In this document: positions 9,314 through 18,820 of the stretch, piece by piece
Numbering within the stretch: the first letter of the stretch is position 1
Layout of the letters: every line of letters starts with the position of its first letter
Origin: an uncultured delta proteobacterium
Lineage (GTDB): Bacteria > Myxococcota_A > UBA9160 > SMWR01
Assembly: GCA_963832165.1 (NCBI GenBank)
Contig: CAWHTE010000006.1
Coordinates: 1 to 64,000, forward strand
Direction: 5' to 3'
DNA: 64,000 bases
The notes under the pieces: generated by a model
The model's database searches: none
What the model was told of the DNA's origin: nothing
The model's input: only the letters and a program-made list of their open reading frames with translations
Program-made: the position numbers and the translations under genes

Positions 9314-10225
9314 TTATAGCTGGGAAGGTGATGCCTCCCGCCCTACGGTGCGCGTGGTCCAGCGCCGCGCGAGAGCCGCGGCGACCGCGAGCGGATAGGC
9401 GGTGATCCAGTGGACGCCGCTGAAGAGCGCCAGGTCGAGCCGGCCGAGGCCCGACAGCGCGACGATCGCTGCGACCGCGATGTTACGCGTCGTGAACGCG
9501 ATCATGAACGTGAAGCGGTCGTCCGCGGGCAGAGCGAGCAAGCGCGCGACGCCCCACCCCAGCGCCATCGCGCCGAGTGCCCAGAGCGCGGCCGGCGCCA
9601 GCCCCGCGCGCGCGTCGGCCAGCGAGAGGCTTCCCATCTCCTCGAAGTCGACGAATGGAATCGAGAGCGCGATCAGCGCGCCGATCGCGATCATCACGCT
9701 GCGCTGGATCCGCACGTGGTGGCGCGCGACGAGCTCCGGCCAGCGCGCGCGCGCGGTCATGCCGATCGCGATCGGGAGCAGGAGCGACAGCGCGAGCTGC
9801 GCGATCAGCGCCGCAACCGGCACCTCGACCGCGACCGCCTCGCCCAGGAACACGCGCAGCCCGAGCGCCGCGATCGTGGGCAGCGTGACGACGCACAGCA
9901 CCGACGCCAGCGCCGTCAGCGTCACCGCGAGCGCGATGTTGGCGCGCGCGAGCGCCGCGAGCAGCGTCGTGATGCCCGCGTTCGGCGCCACCGCGACGAG
10001 GATCGCCCCCGCCGCGAGCACTGCGGGCACGTCGAGCATCGCGACGACGGCCCAGGTGAGCAGCGGCAACAGCGCGATCTGCGCGAGCGTGCCGCCGATC
10101 ACCGCGCGCGGAGACGATACGACGCGCCGGAAATCCGCGAGCGTGAGCTCGAGCCCCACGACCGTCATCAACAGGAACAGAACCATCGGACCGACGATCT
10201 GGGTCGCGTCCTCTACCGAGGGCAT
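9314..10225 (-). CDS. Bile acid:sodium symporter (BASS) family transporter
   Basis: LMTVVGLELT, GTLAQIALLPLL, APNAG, ANIALAVTLTA; multiple TM helices. Confidence 0.88.
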   Translation of the reverse strand: MPSVEDATQIVGPMVLFLLMTVVGLELTLADFRRVVSSPRAVIGGTLAQIALLPLLTWAVVAMLDVPAVLAAGAILVAVAPNAGITTLLAALARANIALAVTLTALASVLCVVTLPTIAALGLRVFLGEAVAVEVPVAALIAQLALSLLLPIAIGMTARARWPELVARHHVRIQRSVMIAIGALIALSIPFVDFEEMGSLSLADARAGLAPAALWALGAMALGWGVARLLALPADDRFTFMIAFTTRNIAVAAIVALSGLGRLDLALFSGVHWITAYPLAVAAALARRWTTRTVGREASPSQL

Positions 10226-10270
10226 GGCGGTCGTGTAGCGAAACGAGATCGGGTTGCCGACCCGGAGCCG

Positions 10271-12400
10271 CTACGAAGCGGAGAGCGGGAGTGCGAACCA
10301 GAACTCGCTGCCCTTGCCGGGCTTGCTCGAGACGCCCACGCGTCCGCCGTGCGCTTCGATGATCTCCTTCACGAGCGCGAGGCCCAGGCCCGTGCCGCCG
10401 ATCCGGCGCGTCGCGGTCGAGTCGGCGCGGTAGAAGCGCGTGAACAGCTTCTTCTGGGTCGCCTCGTCCATGCCGATGCCCTGATCGCGCACCCACACGC
10501 GCACCTCGGCGTCGCGGAGCTCGGCTCCGATCGTCACGGTGCCGCCGTCGGGCGAGTACTTGGTGGCGTTCGAGATCAGGTTGCGCAGCGTCTGGCGCAT
10601 GCGGTCCCCGTCGACGCTCGCGGCGAGCTCGCCGTCGGGGAGCGCCAGCTCGTAGCGGTGCTGCGCACTGGTGTGCTCGAACATCCGCACCGCTTCCTCG
10701 ATCAACGAGCGCAGCGACTGGCGCTCGAAATGGTAGTCGAGCTTGCCGGCCTCGAGCCGCTGCAGGTCGAGGAAGTCGTCGATCAGCTTGCCGAGCCGCT
10801 TCATCTCCGTGTCGACGATGGTGAGGAAGCGCCGCTGATCCTCGGGCGAGAACTCGCGCTCGAGCAGCAGCTCGACGAACCCGCGCATGCTCGTGAGCGG
10901 CGTGCGCAGCTCGTGGCTCACGGTCGAGACGAGCTCGTCCTTGAGCCGCTCGAGCTCCTTGCGATCGGTGATGTCGCGCAGGTAGGCGGTGAAGCTCGGC
11001 GTGTCGCCGATGTGGATCGACGTCACCGAGATCTCGATCGGGAACCGGGAGCCGTCGCCGCGCAGACCCTCGAGCTCGAGGCGCCGACCGCCAGGCCGGC
11101 CGCCGCCGGGACCCAGACAGCGGCGGAACGCCTCGATGTGCCGCTCGCGGTACTCCTCGGGCACGAGCAGCTCGTCCATCTTCTTGCCGAGCACGTCGGC
11201 GCGCAGGCGCCCGAACGTCTTCTCGGCGGCCGGATTGAACTCGACGATGCGACCGACCTCGTCGATCGTGATCACGCAGTCGAGTGCGGACTCGAGCATC
11301 GCGTTCTTGCGCGCCTCGTTGCCCAGTACCGCGCGCTCGCTGCGCTTGCGATCGACCAGCCGTCCGAGCTGCGCGCTGATCCGCTCCAGGCGCTCCTCCG
11401 CCGCGGGCGCCATCGGGCGCGACGCCGAGAGCAGCACCGCGACACCGAGCACGCGGTCGCCGATCCGGATCGGCAGCCCGAGCGCGGACGCGAACGGCCC
11501 CACCTGCGCGAGCCGCGCACAGCGCGGGTCGACTTCGCGCGCGAGATCGTCGATTCGCACGGAGGAGCCATCGGCCCAGACGCGGCCCGCGAGGCCGACG
11601 CCCTTGCCGAAGCTCCGGTTGCCGAAGTTGCGCGCGAACGCATCGAGCTCGGTTCCGCCGGCGTGCCAGCACTCGCCCGCCTGGAGCACCTCGTACTGGT
11701 CGTCGAGCCACCAGTGCTCCACGTACTCACAGTAGAGCTGCTGTGCGAGCGTGCGCAGCACGCGCATCAGCGCGACCTCGAGCGACCCGTTGCGGAACCA
11801 CTCGCCCTCGATCGAAGTCGTGACCACGCGCTCGAGCTCGGCCTCGCGGCGCTCGGTGATGTCGCGCGCGACCCCGTCGATCGCGAGCGCACCGCGACCC
11901 GCGTCGCCCGCGAGCCGCAGCCAGAGCTCGAACCAGCGCGCGTCGCTCGCGCTGCGCGCGAGCACCTCGAGCGGATCGCACTGCGAGTCGCCCATTTGGG
12001 CGCGCTGCGCCCACGCGCGCAGAGCCGTGCGGTGCTCGCGCTCGAGACTCGCCTCGAACGATCCGCCGATCCACTGCACGCGACCGGATCCGCGCGAGCC
12101 GGAGCGGTCCTTCAGCTCGATCGGCGTGCCCCCGGTATCGCCGCTCACCGCGAGCGGGAAGCGCGCATCCATCCAGGCGCCCCAGCGCTCGGCGAGCTGC
12201 GCGAGATCGCCCTCGCTCCGCGACACCGGTTCGGCCACGCGCGCTCTGCCGCGCGCGAAGCGGCTCCGCAGGCCCATGCCGAGCCATGCGATGCAGCATC
12301 CCGCGAACATGGAAGCCAGGAGCCCCTCCGGCGCGCCCAGGATCAGCGCGCACGCGAGCAGGACGCCCGCAAACCGCGATCCGAGCGACCGGATGGTCAA
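10271..12400 (-). CDS. GAF-PAS sensor histidine kinase
   Basis: GAF (GVGLAGRVW), PAS (ITIDEVGRIVEFNPAAE), VSHELRTPLT, NLISNATKYS, DQGIG, GGTGLGL. Confidence 0.93.
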   Translation of the reverse strand: MTIRSLGSRFAGVLLACALILGAPEGLLASMFAGCCIAWLGMGLRSRFARGRARVAEPVSRSEGDLAQLAERWGAWMDARFPLAVSGDTGGTPIELKDRSGSRGSGRVQWIGGSFEASLEREHRTALRAWAQRAQMGDSQCDPLEVLARSASDARWFELWLRLAGDAGRGALAIDGVARDITERREAELERVVTTSIEGEWFRNGSLEVALMRVLRTLAQQLYCEYVEHWWLDDQYEVLQAGECWHAGGTELDAFARNFGNRSFGKGVGLAGRVWADGSSVRIDDLAREVDPRCARLAQVGPFASALGLPIRIGDRVLGVAVLLSASRPMAPAAEERLERISAQLGRLVDRKRSERAVLGNEARKNAMLESALDCVITIDEVGRIVEFNPAAEKTFGRLRADVLGKKMDELLVPEEYRERHIEAFRRCLGPGGGRPGGRRLELEGLRGDGSRFPIEISVTSIHIGDTPSFTAYLRDITDRKELERLKDELVSTVSHELRTPLTSMRGFVELLLEREFSPEDQRRFLTIVDTEMKRLGKLIDDFLDLQRLEAGKLDYHFERQSLRSLIEEAVRMFEHTSAQHRYELALPDGELAASVDGDRMRQTLRNLISNATKYSPDGGTVTIGAELRDAEVRVWVRDQGIGMDEATQKKLFTRFYRADSTATRRIGGTGLGLALVKEIIEAHGGRVGVSSKPGKGSEFWFALPLSAS

Positions 12401-12419
12401 GTCTCGTTTCCCCCCGCCG

Positions 12420-12797
12420 CTATCCGCAGCCGCGCTCGCCGAGAATCTTCTCGACCGTCTCCATCAGCTCGATCGGACTGAACGGCTTGACGAGGTAGCT
12501 GTGCACTCCCAACGTCACGGCCCGATTGCGGTCCGCATTCTGATCGCGCGCGGTCAGCATGATCACGGGCACGTCGCGAAGGCCGGGCTCCCGGCGCAGT
12601 GCCTCGACCACCTGGATTCCGGTCCGGTTCGGCATCATCCAGTCGAGGATCAGCACGTCCGGGCTCTCGCGCATCGCGAGCGCGTAGGCCTCGTTCCCGT
12701 CTCGCGCCTCGATGATCCGGTAGTCGGGACCGCTGAGCGTCTTCGAGACGAGCAGGCGCAGGTGGGGTTGGTCGTCGGCGATCAGGATCGTCTTCAC
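12420..12797 (-). CDS. Single-domain response regulator
   Basis: ILIADD, PDVLILDWMMP, MLTA, YLVKPFS; GTG start at 12797 assumed. Confidence 0.92.
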   Translation of the reverse strand: MKTILIADDQPHLRLLVSKTLSGPDYRIIEARDGNEAYALAMRESPDVLILDWMMPNRTGIQVVEALRREPGLRDVPVIMLTARDQNADRNRAVTLGVHSYLVKPFSPIELMETVEKILGERGCG

Positions 12798-12891
12798 GCA
12801 GAGCCCCCGGCACCCGCGGCGCCTGCTGCGCCCGGTTCCTCGCCCTGTCACTTCGGCAACTCGGGGCTCCGAGTTGAGCGATGGCGGCCCT

Positions 12892-15800
12892 TTACCAGGG
12901 GTCGATGCAGGGCCGTTTCTTGCCCGCGCGGGGTGCGGGCGGCGGCACCGAGGCCAGCGCGCGCACGATCCAGCGCCGCGAATCGGCCGGGTCGATCACG
13001 TCGTCGATCTCGAACACCGAGGACATGTTCACGGCTTTGCCGATCTCGTACATGCGATCGACCATCTGCTGGAACAGCGCGCGGCGCGCCTCGGGCTCTT
13101 CGAGCGCCGCGAGCTCGCCGCGGTAGCCGAGCTTGACCGCGCCCTCGAGCCCCATCCCGCCGAACTCCCCGGTCGGCCACGAGACACAGAAGACCGGCGC
13201 CTTGAAGCTGCCTCCCGCCATCGCCTGCGCGCCGAGCCCGTAGCCCTTGCGCAAGATGATCGTGAAGAACGGCACCGTGAGACTGCCCGCCGTGACGAAC
13301 ATGCGCGCGGCGTGGCGCACGAGCGCGGTCTTCTCGACTTCCGGGCCCACCATGATGCCCGGTGTGTCACACAGGAACAGGATCGGGATGTCGAACGCAT
13401 CGCACAGCTGCATGAAGCGCGTGGCCTTGTCCGCGCCATCGCTGTCGATCGCGCCGGACAGATGCGTCGGGTTGTTCGCGATCACGCCGATCGCATTCCC
13501 CTCGATCCGCGCGAACGCCGTGACCATGCCGCGCCCGAACGCGCGCCGAAGCTCGAGCACCGAGCCCGTGTCGGCGATGCCCTCGATGACGCGCCTCACG
13601 TCGTACACGCGCAGCCGGTTCTCGGGGATCACGCTGCGCAGCAGGCGCGGATCGGCGCTCTCGCCGCCCGCGAGCGGCCCCTGGAAGTAGGCGAGGTAGC
13701 GCTTGGCCACCGCGACGGCTTCGACTTCGTCCTCGACCGGCAGATCGACGACGCCGTTCGGCACCTGCACGTCGATCGGACCGACCTCCTCGGGCCGGAA
13801 TACGCCGAGTCCGCCGCCCTCGATCATCGCGGGCCCGCCCATTCCGATGTTCGAGTTCGCGGTCGCGATCACGACGTCGCAGCAGCCGAGCAGCGCGGCA
13901 TTGCCCGCGAAGCAGCGGCCCGAGTTGATCCCCACGAGCGGCACGAGGCCCGACAGCGCACCGAAGTCGTGGAACGTGGTGCAGTCGAGGCCCGCGACCC
14001 CCGTGCCGTCGGTGTCGCCGGGGCGTCCGCCGCCGCCCTCGGTGAAGATCACGACGGGGAGGCGCCACTGCGACGCGAGCTCGAACAGGCGGTCCTTCTT
14101 GCGGTGGTTCTGGATGCCCTGGGTCCCCGCGAGCACGGTGTAGTCGTAGGCGAGCACGGCGCAGCGCGCGCGGTCGGCCGTGAACACGTCGCCGTTCACG
14201 CTGCCGATGCCCGCGATCAGACCGTCCGCGGGCGTGCGCACCGTGAGGTCTTCGAGCGTGCGGCGGCGCCGCTGTGCCGCGATCGCGAGCGGTCCGTACT
14301 CGATGAAGCTGCCCGGATCGCACAGGTCCTCGACATTCTCGCGCGCGGTGCGCTGGCCGGTCTTGCGACGCCGCGCGACCGCATCGGGGCGGCGAGAATC
14401 GAAGCCGAGCGCGTGGCGCTCGACCACTTCGGCGAGGTCGCGTCGGATCTGCGCGGGACCCTGCGCGGGCGCCGTGTCGCCCGCGTCGGCGGCGACGTCC
14501 GCCTCCTCGAGCCATACGAGCGGCTGGCCCTCGGCCACCGTCTCACCGGGCGACGCCGCGAGCGCGCGAACGATCCCGCTGCGATCGGCTTCGATCACGT
14601 GCTCCATCTTCATCGACTCGAGCACGAGCAGCGCGCGGCCCGATGCCACCGCGTCGCCCTCCGCAACCGCGAGACTCACGATCGTGCCCTGGAGCGGAGC
14701 GCGCACGGCGACGGTCCCCGGCGGTGCAGCGGGCTCGGCGCGCGCGGGCGCGCGCGGCGCCGCGGCGGGCGTCGACGGCGCGGCGGACTTGCCGTGCGCG
14801 AGCACCGCGAGCGGATCGCGTGGATCGACCGCGGCTCCGACGCGCGGCGCGGAAGGTCCGGTCGCTGCGGACTCGAAGTAGAGCGGGGGTTGTGGCAGCG
14901 CCGCCGCAGCGACGAGCTCGGCGGCGTGCTCTTCGACGAAGCGCGTGGTGATGCGGTGCTCCGCGAGATCGGGATGCCGCAAGAGTGCGAGCAGCAGGCC
15001 GCGATTGGTCTCGATCCCCTCGATCCGGAACTCGCGGAGCGCGCGCTCGGCGCGCGGAAGCAGCGCCGAGAAGTCGCGCGATGCCGAGTGCACGATCACC
15101 TTCGCGAGCAGCGAGTCGAAGCGCGGATTGCTCGCATAGCCGACGTGGCCGGCGGTGTCGGTGCGCACGCCCGGTCCCTCGGGCGGCTCGAACGCCGTGA
15201 GCGTGCCGGATGCGGGCAGCGCGAGGCCGTCCTTCGCGCGCAGCTTCTCGGTGTTCACGCGCAGCTGGATCGCGTAGCCGCGCGGCGCGGGCACGTCCGC
15301 CTGCGCGAAGCCGAGCTCCGCGAGCGAGCGCCCTTCGGCGAGATCGAGCTGCAACGCGACCAGGTCGACGCCGGTCACGGCCTCGGTGACGGTGTGCTCC
15401 ACCTGGAGCCGTGCGTTGGCCTCGATGAAGTAGAACGTGTCGGGCCGATCGGCGTCGACGAGGAACTCCACCGTGCCGAGACCCGTGTAGCGCGCGGCGC
15501 GCGCGAGCTCGACCGCCGCCGCGAGCAGGCGCTCGCGCAGTGGCGGCGTGAGCCACGGCGCGGGTGCGATCTCGACCAGCTTCTGGTGTCGGCGCTGCAG
15601 GCTGCACTCGCGCTCTCCGAAGTGCACGACGGCGCCGCTCGCGTCGCCGGCGACCTGCACCTCGACGTGTCGCGCGCGCGGGAGCCAGCGCTCCACGTAG
15701 AGATCGCCGTTGCCGAACGCCGCCGCGGCTTCACTCGCGCAGCGCTCGAACGCCTTCTCGAGCTCCGCCTCGGAGTGCACGGGCCGAACGCCGCGGCCGC

Positions 15801-16294
15801 CGCCGCCCGAGACCGCCTTGATCATGAGCGACGCGCCCGCGCCGAGCCGCGCGAGCAGCGCGCGCGCTTCGCCCTGGGAGGTCGCGTCCGACGTGCCCTC
15901 GAGCACGGGGATGCCGCAGCGCTGCGCGAGCCCCCGCGCCGCTCGCCTTGTCGCCGAACAGCTCGAGCGCCTCGGGGCTCGGGCCCACGAACACCACGCC
16001 CGCAGCCGCGCAGCGGCGCGCGAGCTCGGCGTTCTCGGACAGGAATCCGTAGCCCGGGTGCAGCGCGTCGCAGCCCGACGCGCGCGCCGCGGCGAGGATG
16101 CCGTCGATGTCGAGATACGCGGCGGCGCCGCTCCCGCGCAGCGGCTGCGCCGCGTCGGCCTTGCGCGTGTGCTGTACGCCCGCCTCGTCTTCCGAGTACA
16201 CGGCGACGCTGCGCAATCCGCGCGCCGCGGCGGCGCGCATCACGCGGATCGCGATCTCGCCGCGGTTGGCGACCAGCAGGCCCTGGAACGGCAT
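12892..16294 (-). CDS. Fused acyl-CoA carboxylase (biotin carboxylase + biotinyl carrier + carboxyltransferase), one frameshift near 15943
   Basis: LLVANRGEIA, HPGYGFLSEN and FGDK in one frame; GGGGRG, RECSLQRRHQK, biotin site ESMKME, TEGGGGRPGD and RKGYGLGA in the next. Removing one base joins them. Confidence 0.92.
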
Positions 16295-16348
16295 GGGCCG
16301 GAAACCGTACCTCAATTCGGGAGGTCAAATGGCCGATCCCCGTGCCGG

Positions 16349-17077
16349 ATGGACGCACTGATCACACCGTTCCGGCTGCGCTACGAGCGCGCCAGCGCGC
16401 TGGAGCCCGCGGCACAGGTCGAGGAGTGCGCGGACTACCTCCAGAACCCCGACGTGCTGATCTCGGAGTTCCTCGAGTCCTACTACTGGGTCGAGGGCAA
16501 GCTCGACCCCGACCGAGAGGACGCGCTGCTCGAGGCCAGCCGCGAAGAGCTCGTGCTCGAGCCGTACTTCGACTCGCTGCGACTCGAAGTGCACGCGGGC
16601 GAAGCGATCGAGACGATCCGCTGCCTCGCGGGTGCATTCGCGCCGCTGCCGGGCGAGCTGCACCCCGCGCTCGAGCAGAAGGGTGTCGACTACGTGGGTG
16701 TGCGCGAGGGCTCGCGCCGGATCGTGCTCGGCGTGACCGACACGCATCGCGAGACGACGGGCTTCTGTCTGCTGCTGCGCGGGCTCAACTGCCTCGCCGA
16801 GCTCACTCCGCCGTTCCAGGTGGCGCGCCTGCGGCGCCACGTGCTGCGCGACCGGGTCGATCCCGAGGCCGCGTTCGACCTGCAGATCGGCCTGACCGGG
16901 CGCGAGCGCGCGACGAGCGAGGTCGCGCTGCTCGAGCTCACGCGCGATCTCGCGGAGATGTTCAAGCGGCGGATCGGCGACGAGGCGCAGTTCGAGGGAT
17001 CGATCGGGCGCATCGAGTGCCTCGAGCTCGGCGCGAGCGAGTCGGGTGGGTCGCTTCGGGTGCACTGGCGCGCGTAG
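16349..17077 (+). CDS. Hypothetical protein (242 aa)
   Basis: Globular-looking ORF with GC-rich third positions, divergent from the carboxylase. Confidence 0.75.
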   Translation: MDALITPFRLRYERASALEPAAQVEECADYLQNPDVLISEFLESYYWVEGKLDPDREDALLEASREELVLEPYFDSLRLEVHAGEAIETIRCLAGAFAPLPGELHPALEQKGVDYVGVREGSRRIVLGVTDTHRETTGFCLLLRGLNCLAELTPPFQVARLRRHVLRDRVDPEAAFDLQIGLTGRERATSEVALLELTRDLAEMFKRRIGDEAQFEGSIGRIECLELGASESGGSLRVHWRA

Positions 17078-17193
17078 GTTCGGACGCAGCCGTCGGGGAG
17101 TCCCAAAATGCCCCACGATCTCGTCTCAACTCGCTCGCCGCTTCTCCCGATCTCGTCGTGGAAGCCTTGTCTTCGCACGAGAGGGAGCCGCGC

Positions 17194-17766
17194 ATGAGGC
17201 AGGTGACACATCTAGGCGTCGCACTCTTCATCTGTCTCGGACTGGCAGGTCCCGCCAGCGCCGCTTCGCTCGCGGTGTCGGCAGACAAGCCGACCTACCT
17301 CGTCGGCGAGACGATCACGCTCACGGTCACCGGGATCCGGGGGGGCCTCGACCTCGACAATCAGATCTGGGGCCGGCTCGTGTACGACGCCGCGCTCACG
17401 AGTACGGTGAGCTCGACTCAGACGCTCCACACCACGCTGCTCGTGCCCTGGTTCTCGCTCGGGCTCTCGACCGGCGATGGCTTTGCCGACGTATTCCACC
17501 AGACGAGCCTGGCCTTGCCTTCCCTCGTCGATCAGAACCAGAGCGCCACCGCGACGCTGGTCGCCGATGCGGTCGGGCTCGTGACCGTGGCGTGGGACAC
17601 CGCGGGCCCCGAATCGCTCGACTTCTTCGGCCTCACGAACACGTCCGGCACGTCGTTCACGATCGTGCCCGAGCCCGGCACCGGGCTGCTCGTCGCCGGC
17701 GGTCTCGCCGCGCTCACCTGGAGCGGCCGCCGCCGGCGGATCGCTGCGGGGCGCGAGCGCGCGTAG
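17194..17766 (+). CDS. PEP-CTERM sorting domain protein
   Basis: Signal peptide ending GPASA; C-terminal VPEPGTGLLVAGGLAALTWSGRRRR. Confidence 0.9.
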   Translation: MRQVTHLGVALFICLGLAGPASAASLAVSADKPTYLVGETITLTVTGIRGGLDLDNQIWGRLVYDAALTSTVSSTQTLHTTLLVPWFSLGLSTGDGFADVFHQTSLALPSLVDQNQSATATLVADAVGLVTVAWDTAGPESLDFFGLTNTSGTSFTIVPEPGTGLLVAGGLAALTWSGRRRRIAAGRERA

Positions 17767-17815
17767 CCCGCGAGGCGGGGCGACGAAGTCTTCCCGCCAC
17801 GACTATGCTCACCGC

Positions 17816-18820
17816 GTGAGCGTCCGGATCGACTCCTACCCCCACCGCACCGGTGAGCACTGCGCTTCGACCGCGCTGCGCAACCTGCTCGCCCATCACG
17901 GCACCGATCTGTCCGAAGGGATGGTGTTCGGGCTCGCGGGGGGCCTCGGCTTCTTCTACTTCCAGAGCGATGCGTTGAGCCCGACGCGCATGTTCCACGG
18001 GCGCACGCCGAACTTCGAAGAGAACCTCGTAGCGAACACGGGGGTCGCGCTCGCGCTGCGCGAGGAGACCGACGACGCGCGCGCCGAAGCGCTGCTGCGC
18101 GAGCGTCTCGATGCCGGTGTGCCCGTGCTGCTCGCGACCGACACCTTCTATCTCGGCTATCACCACACCACGAGTCACTTCCCGGGACACACCTGTGTGG
18201 CCGTCGGCTACGACGCCGAGCGCGCACAGGTCTGGATCGCCGACCGCAAGTTCCCCGAGCTCCAGAGCTGTTCGTTCGAAGAGCTGCGTCGCGCGCGCAA
18301 CGCACCCGACTACCCGGTCCGCTGCGAGAATCGCTGGGGCGACTGCGCCGAAGGGGTGCGACTCGCGCGTCCGATCGACGCGGCGATCCGCGCAGCGGTG
18401 CACTGCACCGCGCGCGAGATGCTCGCGCCGTCGGCGGAGCTACCCGCATCGGGCGTGCCGGCGATGCGCGCGCTCGCCGCGGGCTTCCCGGGCTGGAGCG
18501 AGGCACCCGACTGGTCGTGGGCGGCGCGCTTCGGCTACCAGATCATCATCAAGCGAGGCGCCGCGGGCAGCTTCTTCCGCTCGCTCTACGCGGACTTCCT
18601 GCGCGAGTCCGCGCCGTTCGTGCCTGCGCTCGGCGCACTCGCGTCGCGCATGGACGAGATTGCCGACGACTGGCGCGCGCTCGCGGTACCGCTCCAAGCG
18701 CAGAGCGAGCGCGAGACCTGCGATCCCGAGCTGTTCGCGGAGGCCGGCCGCCAGCTCTCCCGGCTCGCCGAGCTCGAGCACGCGTTCTATCGCGACGCGC
18801 AGGCCGCCGCTACCGCCTAA
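17816..18820 (+). CDS. BtrH N-terminal / DUF4872 papain-like protein
   Basis: HCASTALRNLL, EGMVFGLAGGLGFFY, HFPGHTCVAVGYD, WIADR. Confidence 0.82.
   Translation: MSVRIDSYPHRTGEHCASTALRNLLAHHGTDLSEGMVFGLAGGLGFFYFQSDALSPTRMFHGRTPNFEENLVANTGVALALREETDDARAEALLRERLDAGVPVLLATDTFYLGYHHTTSHFPGHTCVAVGYDAERAQVWIADRKFPELQSCSFEELRRARNAPDYPVRCENRWGDCAEGVRLARPIDAAIRAAVHCTAREMLAPSAELPASGVPAMRALAAGFPGWSEAPDWSWAARFGYQIIIKRGAAGSFFRSLYADFLRESAPFVPALGALASRMDEIADDWRALAVPLQAQSERETCDPELFAEAGRQLSRLAELEHAFYRDAQAAATA

Noticed and set aside
12874..17766. 1630-aa + strand ORF and many other long overlapping ORFs (e.g. 9410-12481, 59079-61781, 24204-26630)
   Set aside because: Arg/Ala-rich antisense or off-frame shadows of real genes, expected at this GC content. 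Only the last 190 aa of the 1630-aa ORF is a real gene.
17763..17780. GTAG followed by a cccgc/gcggg hairpin as another REP copy
   Set aside because: GTAG overlaps a TAG stop, the stem is only 5 bp, and it does not match the other repeats
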